Positions 8,929-18,632 of a stretch of DNA of 25,149 bases are shown here, piece by piece. The DNA is taken from NCBI GenBank assembly GCA_004431415.1, contig QPMI01000386.1, positions 1 through 25,149 on the forward strand, given 5' to 3'. The first letter of the stretch is position 1, and each line of letters starts with the position of its first letter. The translations under genes were made by a program, and so were the position numbers. The stretch is from Cyanophora paradoxa CCMP329 (taxonomy: Eukaryota; Plantae; Glaucophyta). Under the pieces are notes generated by a model. It made no database searches, was not told the origin of the DNA, and worked only from the letters and a program-made list of their open reading frames with translations.

Positions 8929-11829
8929 TCAGGCGGCCTTCTGCTGGGTGGGCTGGAGAGGGCGCGGGGCGGGGGCGAGGCCGGGCGCGTGCGGCTCCTT
9001 GGATGGCGACGCATCCGGCTCCTCCGAGGCCGGGGGCTCGTTCTCCTCGTCGCGCCGCCGCTTCTTGGCCTCGCGCACCAGCGTCTCGCGGACCGTAGCC
9101 AGCGACGTCTCGCGGACGGCCTGCGCGGCGGCTCGCGCGAGCGACTCGACGAAATCCTCCGGCAAGCGGGCCGCGAGGCGCTGGCCCTCCTCGCGGGCCG
9201 CCGCCAGTTCCTCCTCCAGTCGCCCGAAGGCGGCCAGGGCGCCGTCCACCGCCGCCCCCATAGCCAGGTCGTCCGTCGCGGTGAACCCGCAGGCCGCCGC
9301 CAGCTTGGCCGCCAGCTTGCCAGACGCCAGCTTCTCCACGGCGGCCGCCTTCTGCACCTCCTCCTGCACGAGCCTGGCGAGCTCCGCCTTCTTGGACGCG
9401 GCCTCTGCCTCCTTCGCGGCTTCGGCTTCGCGGAAGCAGCGGAGCACGGGCCCCAGCTCCTGAGCCCGCCGCACGCACTCGTTTCGCCGAAGCGTGGCCG
9501 CCGACTCGCGGCGCGGAGCAGAGGCACGGGCGGCGGGGCCGGCGGCGGGGCCGGCGGCGCGCTCCTCCTGAGCGGCCAGGTTGGCATCCTTCTCCGCGTT
9601 AACCGCCTCGAGCTCGGCGACGCGAGCTTTCAGGCGCCCGACCTCCGCCCCCGAGGCCCGCAACTGGATCCACAGCTCCTCCTCCTGCTCCTGCAGATGC
9701 TCCTGCGGACGCGCGTGAGGCGCGGCCACGTCACGGGCACAGCGGCCGGGACCGCACGTGGGACGCGACGACCCGTGCATGCACTTGCTCCTGCAACTGC
9801 GCCTTCTCCTTCTGCGGAAGCGCGTGAGGCGCGGCCACGTCACGGGCACAGCGGCCGGGACCGCACCTGGAACGCGACGAGCTGCTCCTGCATCTGCTTC
9901 TGCAACTGCGCCTTCTCCTTCTGCGGACGCGCGTCAGGCGCGGCCACGTCACGGGCACAGCGGCCGGGACCGTACCTGGAACGCGACGAGCTGCTCCTGC
10001 ATCTGCTTCTGCAACTGCGCCTTCTCCTTCTGCGGACGCGCGTCAGGCGCGGCCACGTCACGGGCACAGCGGCCGGGACCGTACCTGAAACTCGACGAGC
10101 TGCTCCTGCATCTCCTTCTGCATCTGCGCCTGCTCGGTCTGTCGGAGCAGGGTAAGGTGTGACGACATGGCAGGCAACGAGGTGGAGACGGCACCGTGCG
10201 CGTGATATACAGAGCGTTGTAATAATATGTCACCACTGCACGCTGTTCCTCGGAGACACGGAGTTCCTTCTGCAGCGAGGCACAAGTGAGACGCAGCCGA
10301 GGGCGGGGCCCGGTCAGAACCCGTGGTGGCACCTCAAGCGCCTTGATGCGGAACCGCGAATCGCTCTCCTGCAGACACGAACGGGGTGGGCGATGCAGCG
10401 AAAACAAGCCGAAAACAGAGAGCGAACAGCGGGCCCGGTAACGAAGCACGAAACGGTTCCTTCTTTGCAGAAGGCCACGAGGAGGCCGCAGTTCTGTGGG
10501 GAGCGTGAGGGGCGTCCTGAAAGAGGGATAGGCGGAAAAAGGAAAAGGAAGAGGGCGCCTCACCGGGGACAATGCAATTGAAGAAACAGCGCTCGTGAAG
10601 GAGAACGTGCAGCCAGGGATGATGCTCAGCCCGACGCTCTTGTCCAGGCGCACGAAGGTCACGGCCATCGCCGAGGCAACGGCAGCGAAGCTCCCATCCT
10701 TCGAAAGCAATCAAGGACGGAAAATAGAAGCAAGAAACGATTCCGTGCGCACAAAGGAGCACACGATGTGCTCTGCGATCCCGGTCTGCTCCGGCAGGGT
10801 CATGTATCGCGAAGTAGTGCGGCCCGGCTGGCCGAACCAGATCGCGACGACTTTGCGCGTTGTCGTGCCCAGCACAACGAGCCCGCCGTTTTTCTGCATG
10901 CGATGTCATCACAAGTTTCATCTGCGGGTCCGAAGCACTTGACTTACAGAGGAAATGCAGGTAGCATCGCCGAGACCCTGAACCCCCATCCACCTTTCGG
11001 ACGCCATGCCGCCGCCCTTGACGTAACAGACTTGGCCGTACTCTGCCTCAAAGTATGCGAACGATTTGGAGTCCTGCCGGTGCGAAGTCAGCGACTCGAA
11101 GAAGGAAGAAAAAGAAAGAAGAGAAGAGGTGCACGGGAGACACGGAAAACAGGACCCGGCCCTCGGAGCGCAACAGGCGCTTGATCTCCTCCAGCTGCAG
11201 CCAGGAAGGCGGGGATTCCGAGAATTGCACGATAGATTGCCCGACGTTGACTGCAGCGGCTTCACTCATCTCGTCCAAGACGAACCTGATCTCCACCCAG
11301 TGACCAGCGACAGTGAGCGCGATGACTTCGCGCTCCGGTTTACCGCCGCGCAAACTCTGGGCCGACCTGCGCCATCGGCTCAAACAGATTACGTATACGC
11401 AGAGGTGACAGACGGGGCGCGAACACAAGCTTCACGATTCGCATGTCGCTGCGAGTGATGCACTGGATCGCGTTCGGTGCGCTAGCAGACAGCTTGTCAA
11501 AGAGGCTCAGCGTGCCGAAAGACGCCTCGCATAGTGATAGCTGGCCCTTCTTGAAGGGAACGAAAAGAAGCTGGTCGCCAGAAGTTCCAAGCAGCAGTTT
11601 CAACCCCTGCGTGGCATGTGAGCGGCTTCGCGAAAGACGAGCGGAAGCACATGCCGCCACGTACGTTCGTGATGAAGTGGCTGGGAGAGGACGAGAGAGC
11701 GCTTGGATCAGAGTTGAAAGCTTCTGGCACACATCTCCCCCAAGTTGCGGCCGAGCCGTTCGCGATGGCGAGGTAGTAGATCTCCTCGCGAGAGAGATCG
11801 CCGTAGTTCAGGAAATTCACAGGTTCCAT
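8929..11829 (-). CDS. Multi-exon protein with divergent WD40/beta-propeller-like N-terminal region and C-terminal coiled coil
   Basis: Spliced frame is continuous from MEPVNFLNYG.... Blade-like segments: DATCISS|KNGGLVVLGTT, HIVCSF|DGSFAAVAS, SAVSSIALSP|NCGLLVAFCKEGTVSCF. These are followed by Q/E/K-rich 18-aa repeats and an A/E-rich helical tail with KKRRR. The fold assignment is inference. Confidence 0.7.
9703..10138 (-). repeat. Tandem repeat, 4 x 109 bp (54-nt exon + 55-nt intron)
   Basis: Introns 10030-10084, 9921-9975, 9812-9866 and 9703-9757 are near-identical (GT(A/G)CGGTCCCGGCCGCTGTGCCCGTGACGTGGCCGCGCCT(G/C)ACGCGC..CCGCAG). Exons are 10085-10138, 9976-10029, 9867-9920 and 9758-9811. 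Confidence 0.95.
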
Positions 11830-12835
11830 CGCGTTTAAGTCGGCAGGTTGAGTAAACTGCGAAACTGATCAGCGGCCCGACCCACGCAGCTCGAGCTTGC
11901 GCGAGGCCGCACAGAGCGCTATTCTTTGTGCGGAGCGGGTCTTTGAGAGCACACAGCGAAGGAATGCGACGCACGTACGCGCTGGTGGAGCAGCCGCCGA
12001 CGTCCGATCGGAGCAGGAACTAGCGGAGCAGCCGCTCTCCGCTGCCGACTGCGGTGTGAGATATTCGTCGAAGCAAACCGTCCCCAGCAGGCCCGCGGCG
12101 CGAAAACACTCACCGCGCGAGGTTGCTCAGAAGCGCGGAAGCGCTCTCCGCAAAGCGAAAGATCCTGCCTGGCTCGCTGGCACGCCGCCGGTGCTGCGCC
12201 CGCAGTGTGACTCGGCGAGCTGCACTCGAAGCTACTGCACTCGCAAGATTCGAATTCGCAAATTTGATCGCGCGCGAGGCGCATACTAGATCTGCACACG
12301 CATTTTGATCTTGCGAGTCGCGGATCCGGAGGATGGATGCACTGTACTTGTCATGGCCAGCGCTAGCTAGCTATCGTGAACCTCATGAAAGAGCTGGAGC
12401 CTGGGGGCTGCATGATCATTTATGGACACTGCTGACATCAGTGCTAGCTGCATAGAACAGCGGCATCAGCCGCTGGCTATATGTATAAGCTGCCTGCGGA
12501 AGACACTCGACGAAGATGAACGATAAAGCTTCAAAAATTACAAGAAAGCCCACGGGGCAGAAAGAAGACGGTATGTACATCGCACAACCAATATCTCAAA
12601 GCTCGACAATTCGCAAAATCCGCCTCTCCAAGGCGTGTGGCACCCTAGGATCGAATGGTCGGAAACTAGCCTGAAGCTACCCAACGCACGACCCAGATCA
12701 TGAGGGCTGGCCCTGCAGAACTGACAATAGAAAGGGCGGGCACGGGCCCAAAAACCTCAACGGAGGAAAAGTGGAAGAAGGGGAAGGGAAAGCATGGGGG
12801 GAGTGGTGGTACAGGGCGGGGCGGGGCGGGGCCGT

Positions 12836-14240
12836 TCAGGAGAGGATGGCCTGCTCCTGGGCGCGGCAGGCCTCGAGGATGAGGAGGTCCTGCTCCTCGC
12901 CGGCGCAGGCGCGGGGCTTCCCCTCCGGGCCCTCCTCCGAGTCGAGGGCGAGGGCGGCCGTGCGCTTGGCGATCTCCAGCGTGCGCTCGATCTGCAGCTG
13001 CGAGGCGCCCGTGCCGCGCTTGTTCCGGGGCACGTACTCCCGCGCGAACTCGTCCGTGTACTCCTCCAGGTGCGGCAGCTCGAGCAACTCCGGGGGGAAC
13101 GTCAGCCGCACGTATGCGCCCGCCGTCAGGGTCGACCCCTCCCAGTTCAGGCTCATCGGAAAGATCGACCGGTCCGTCCCGTACCGGATCTCCTCCGGCT
13201 GGTCCCCGGGCGCAGACGAGTCAGGGGCGCTACGGCGGGCCGGGCAGGGGGCGGAGCGGGCACCTTGGGGCGGATGGGGATGGTGATGCGAGTGTAGTAG
13301 TCGGGGCAGCCCTCGAAGACATCGAGCCGCTTCAGCTCCTCGTCGTCGACCTGGCCGCGCGCGTCAGGCCGGCGCTTTGCACGGGCCCGCGCACCGCCCC
13401 CGCGCACCGCGTACAGCTCCCCCGTGAGGAACTTGCCCTCGCCGGGCCGGTTCAGCAGGTACGGAACCCGGCGCTCTGTCGCCACCACGAGAGGGAACCG
13501 CTCGCAGGTCTGCGGTGCGAGGAGAGTTAAGGGGAGGCGCGGTCAAGCCGAGCAAGCTGACGCCATGAATGCGCTTGCCTTCACGGTGCCTGCGCAAGAT
13601 GGTTAGCGCCACGAAAAGAAATTCAAAAAGGCAGCAAGCATCAGCGCACCGAGATAGTACACCTTGGGAGGGCCGCTGCAGAAAAAGGGAGGCGAAGAGT
13701 TAGAAAGGGGCGCTGTAGACGTGCTCGAAGAGCGGCGGTCGCTTTGATCAGGCGGTACGAATGCCGATCCGGATAGGGCATTTGGTACTTCGGGCCGTAG
13801 AGGCAAGGGGCGGCGCATGTGACGCGGAAGTGGCGGAATGCGCGCCGGAGCGTGGAACCGAATGTCAGAGGCCTAAACCGTCTAGAAAAGTTTAATTCGT
13901 GGCCTAGTCATCTTAATATGGGCGCGAGGGCGACGGGGCAGCTGGTCGTGCGGAAAGGGCGCGGAGCTAAAGAAGCCCGCCACCGGCGGGACGTGCTACT
14001 TGTTGCCCCGAGAGGCATTGGTACAGCTCACCCGCGCTCATACATAACTCGCTGCGCGGTCACCGCCGGGCGCCCCACGGTCAGGCAATTCTCGCGACAG
14101 CGCGGGCAACGGGGACGCACATGGTTCGGCTTGTGCCGCCTGAGGGTCCCGTAGACGAACAACAGGTTATACCTCACACCCGCGTGCTCCAGCTCAGGTC
14201 CGCAAAGAGGGACCGCCGCGCTCGGCGCGAGGGGCGACAT
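12836..14240 (-). CDS. GGACT: Gamma-glutamylcyclotransferase, AIG2-like / gamma-glutamylamine cyclotransferase family (~242 aa, 7 exons)
   Basis: Family motifs LFVYGTLRRHKPNH, G..KT.ERFPLVVA..RVPYLLNRPGEG..GELYAVDDEELKRLDVFEG.PDYY and LPHLEEY...YVPR. Exons 14121-14240, 14032-14051, 13650-13675, 13579-13589, 13408-13509, 13264-13350 and 12836-13198 sum to 729 nt in frame. Confidence 0.9.
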
Positions 14241-14509
14241 GGGCAGATAGAGCTCTGATAACACCCCTAGATTGCTGCGGGGCTTTGCCGAACTAAACGA
14301 ACAGAGCGAACAGCGGCGCGCCTCTTCCGCAAGTTGCCACACCCGCCAAACCTCTACCCCCCTGTCGGAGGATTCAGGACTACCCCCCGAAAGCGGCACT
14401 CACCTCCACCACACCGGTCGAGTTCATCGAACGATAGCGACGATACCGTCGCTTTAGATAAAGCCTGAACCGGCTCTGCAAGCCCCAGGTCGTGGGCTGC
14501 AAGTCGTCA

Positions 14510-17500
14510 ATGGCCGGCAAAAAGCGCACAGGGTCCGCCTCCAAGAAGCGCAAGACCGCAAGTAAAACGAAAGCCGAGGAGGAGGAGGAAGCAGAAGGCG
14601 CCGAGGCCGCCAGGTTCGGATGCTCATTCGCACCTGCCGCATTCGCGCCTGACGCACGCGATGGCAGCGCGAGCGCTCCGATTGGTCACGCGGCCGGGGA
14701 GGAGGACGCCTGCACCGCTGCGGAGGACGAGAGCCTGCTGCGGACGGCGGACAGCTTCCTGAATCTCCAGGAGGGCGACGCGAGTCCGTCGCGCGAGCCT
14801 CCGGCGCCGACAGCGCCAAGCGCGAGCGGCGGGCAGGCGGGAGAGCGCGCGGCGGAGGCGTCGGGGTCGCTGGAGCACGCCAGTGCGGAGGAGCTGTACG
14901 ACCCCGAGCACGACGTCGAGGACGCCGCCGCGAGGCCGGCCGAGGCCGCGCCCCCGCCCCCGGAGCACGCCCCCGGCGCGGGGGCGCCCGAGGGGCGGGC
15001 GGAGGAGGCGGGAGAGGGGGCGGGGGACGGGCCCGCGGGGGACGGGGAGGAGCTGGAGGAGGCGGAGCCCGTGGCGGACATGCTCGAGGACGCGGAGGAG
15101 TACCCCGCCGACGAGCCGGAGCCCGAGGCGGCCCCGCGGCACCGGCGCCGCACGGGCACGAGGAGCCCCCGCGGGGGCGGCCGGGAGGGCCGGCGAGGGC
15201 GGCCGGGAGCCTGAGGCGCCCGAGCCGGCGCGGAGGGCCGAGCGGGGGGGCCCAGGGGGAGCCCGCCCGCGACTCGGACTCGGAGCGCGAGCGCGAGCGC
15301 GAGCGTGAGCGGCACCGCGCGCAGGGGCAGGGGGCCCCGGGCGACTACCGCCGCCGCGGATCTAGCAGCGAGCGCCCGCGCCGCCGCTCCCCGCCCCCCG
15401 ACGACGGGTGCGCCCCGCCGGCAACAACGCGTCAGGCGTCCTTCGTTGAGCCCCCGCGCAGGCGGCAGGGCGCTCGTTTCGGGCGGGAGCGCGCGCCGCG
15501 GCCGCCGCCGCCGCCGCGCAGCAGGAGCCGGGACAGGAGCCGGGAGCGGCGGGCGTCACCGCCTCGGCGCGAGACGCCCGCGACCGCGCCGCCGCCGGCC
15601 GCCCCCGCGCCAGCGGCGGCGCCGGTGGTGCCGCTGGGGACCCTCTTCGCCGCCCTGGGCCCCGCGGCCGCCGCGGGGCTCGTCGCCGCCAGCGCCGCTG
15701 GCGCCGCGCCGCCGGCCGCCGCCCCGACGGGGCCGGAGGGCCTGCTGAAGATGCTCGGGCAGCTGCTGGAGCCGGCGGCCGGCGAGGCCGGCGGGCAGAA
15801 TGTCGCCGCGCAACACCTCACGGCCCGGCTGATCGGTGCGCGCGCCGCGCGAGCGGCTCGCGGCGGCGGGCGGGCGCGGGCTGACGGTGCGGCAGCGACG
15901 ATCATGGCGCAGAAGACGGGGGTGGACGTCGCCGAGGTGACCGCAGCCCTCGAGAAGGAGCTCACCAAGCAGGCCGCCCCCGCCGGCCCCGCCCTCCCGC
16001 CTCCCGCCCCCGCCGCGGCCCCCGCCGCCGGCATCACCCCTCTCCCCGTCCCCTCCTCCTCCTCCGCCTCCCTGCCGCATCCCGCCTCCGCGCCGCGCAC
16101 CGCCCATGCGGCGCCCCAGCACCCGCCGCCGCCGGCGAACCCGGCCCCGCCCCCCGCCCCCGAGGAAGTGGAGCAGAGGCGTGAACGGTGCGCAGGGGCG
16201 GCGCCCCGGGCTTCCGCGTGTTGCTGATTGGCTTGTTGCAGCTCCGTTAGCCCGCCCCCCAAGCCGCCCCCCGCAGAGGCGAGTGCGCCCCTAGCGAAGC
16301 CGGCGGCGCCGCAGGCGGCCGCAAAGGTCGGCGGCGCGAAGAAGGCGGCCGCGGGGGTGCCGTCGCAGCAGGCTCCGGCGGCGAGTGCGCCGCAGGCGGC
16401 GGGGCCGGCAGGGCCGGGGGCGGCGCGCATCGAGCCGATTGTGTTCGCTCCGAAGCAGAACCGCCTGAACCCCGTCAAGGTCGTCGCCGCCGGCGCCACC
16501 GCCGCCCCGTCCACCTCCGCGCCCCGCCCCGGCCGCCAGCAAACCCGCTGCAGCCGCCCCCGCCCCCGCCCCTCGGAAGCCGGCCCCTGCCCCGCCGAAG
16601 CCTGCCCCCGCTGCAGCGCCGAAGACAGCTGCAGTGGGGGCGGGGCCGGCGGCGGCGGGTGCGGGCGGGCCTGTGCGGAGGGTGGCGAACCTTGCGGGGA
16701 TCCGGTCGAGCTCGGGGGCGCCGCTGCCCTCGCGCCCGGCGCCGGCCTGGAAGAAGAAGCTGGAGGGCGGCAAGGAGGCGCCGGCGGCCGCCCCGGGGGC
16801 GGCTGCGCCGAAGGCGGCCAAGGTGGCCCCCGGGGTCACTGTCGCCCTCGTCGGCGGCCGCCGCCTTGTCGTCGCCAACGGCGAAGCTGCCGCCTCCTCC
16901 CCCTCGCCCCGCGCACCCGCCGCCCCCGCAGCCGCCGCCGCGCGGGCGCCCCCGGCGAAGGCCGGCGGCTTTGGGCTCCTGCGCGGCGCTCAGAGGGCCG
17001 TGGAGGAGATGGAGTACGAGGTCGAGGGGGAGGCGGAGGAGGAGGAGGAGCTGCTGGAGGATGAGGGGTACGGGCTGGAGCTGGGGGCGGCGGGGGCGGC
17101 GCCGGGCGGGGGCGGCGGCGACCTGCGCTCCATTATCGCCTTCCGCCAGCAAGAGGCCGCCTCCGCGGCGGCCGCCTCCGCGACGGCAGCGGCGGCGGCG
17201 GCGGCCGGCGGGACGGTGCTCATGGAGGTGCAGATGCCCGACGGCTCGATCGCCCTCCTCCCGCCGCCGCCGCGTCCCCGCCGCCCGGGCCCCGCTCCTG
17301 CTGCCCCACGAGCCGCCCCAGCCGCTGCGGCGGGCCAGGCCGGCGGCCGGCGGGACGCGGCAGCTCGTGGACCCGGAGACGGGCGAGGTGGTCGAGGTCG
17401 TCGCCTCGCCGCGCCTCGCCGCCCCGCGCCCCGCCCCGCTCCTCTACGCCCCGCCCCCGCCCCCGCCGACGCCCCGCCGCCGGCAAGCGCCCCGAACCGC

Positions 17501-18335
17501 GGCCGGCGCGGGCCTGGTGGTGACGGCTGGCTCCAAGCGGCGGCTGGTGCAGCTCCCCGGAGGGCGCGCCGCGCTTGCCGCGGCGGGGCGGACGCGGAGG
17601 AGGCCTGGCTTGCGGAAGCGCCCTTTCAGCCCGCCCCGGCCCCGCGCCGCGCCGCCGCCGCCGCCACGTTTGGCGGCGAGGAGGACGAGGAGGAGGAGGG
17701 GGAGGAAGCGGAGGAGGAGCAGGATGCGGGGGCGGAGGGGCGGGGGCAGGGGGCGGCGGTGGCGGTCGGGGGCCTGGCGGAGCCGCTGTGCGAGCCGGAG
17801 GCCCTGGCGCGGCTCCTCGGGCAGTACGGCCCCGTCCTGCGCGTCTCCGTCCGCCCGGGGCCCCCGGCGGCCCGGCGCCGCCCTCGCCGAGTTCGCGACG
17901 GCCCGCGCGGCGGGCCTCGCGCGGCGGCACCTCGAGGGGCAGGACGTCCTCGGCTACGCGCTGAGCGTGCGCCCCGTGCAGGGCCCCCTCCGCCTCTCGC
18001 GGGCCGGCCTCGCGGCGGGCCGCGAGCTCGAGCTCCCGCCGCGCAAGTTCACGCCGCGGGAGGAGTGGCTGGGCCCCCCCTCGGCGGGCCTCCGCCTCCT
18101 CAACCTCGCGGCGGGGACGGGGGAGGCGGAGGTGTCGCGGCTGCTGCGGCCGTACGGGCGGGTGGTGGCGGCGGAGGTGGCGGAGGGGGCGCCCGGGCGG
18201 CGCCCGCACGCGCTGGCGCTGATGGACAGCGAGGACAGCGCCGTGCGGGCGCTCGTCGCGCTGCACGGCCGCCGCCTCCCCGCCGGCCTCCTCTACGTCG
18301 CCTTCGACGCCTCCCTCCAGCTCGGCCCCGCCTGA
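14510..18335 (+). CDS. Large low-complexity nuclear RNA-binding protein with two C-terminal RRMs (PTB/hnRNP L-like); contains apparent frameshifts
   Basis: N-terminal basic NLS (KKRTGSASKKRK), acidic and ER/RS-rich tracts. C-terminal RRMs: VAVGGLAEPLCEPEALARLLGQYGPVLRV..AALAEFATARAAGLARRHLEGQDVLGYALSV and PPSAGLRLLNL..VSRLLRPYG..ALALMDSEDSAVRALVALHG..LYVAF, resembling the PTB/hnRNP L RRM3-RRM4 pair. Confidence 0.75.
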
Positions 18336-18632
18336 CCCCGCCCGCCCCGGGCTCCCCCGCAATCCCCGCCCGAACCGGTACCTCCTCAGACCCCCGCGCC
18401 CCTCTTTTCCCGCTTCCAGGAAAGCGTTTTTCCTGTCACAGTGTACCGCTTTTTTGAAACACACTCTGCGCATGCGTCGAAAGAGCCCCGCGGACCGGCC
18501 GAGCCTCGGAGCACTCGCATGCAGTACATTGATCCCAAAAAAAACAGGATCTAAGTCGGCATCTTGATTTCCGGAACTAGCAGTAATATACAGGGTGCGC
18601 CGGCGCCGCTGGGCGCGAAGCCTGGAAGGGGG

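Noticed and set aside
9703-10138. 109-bp array as a CRISPR array or Introner transposon insertions
   Set aside because: The 'spacers' are homologous in-frame exons, the repeats have GT..branch..CAG intron structure, and no cas genes are present. Exons are co-duplicated with the introns, which fits tandem duplication.
13755-13920. Loose resemblance of short stretches to an LSU rRNA segment (GCCAAATGCCTCGTCATCTAAT)
   Set aside because: Matches are short, mismatched and on opposite strands; no rRNA gene or fragment can be supported.
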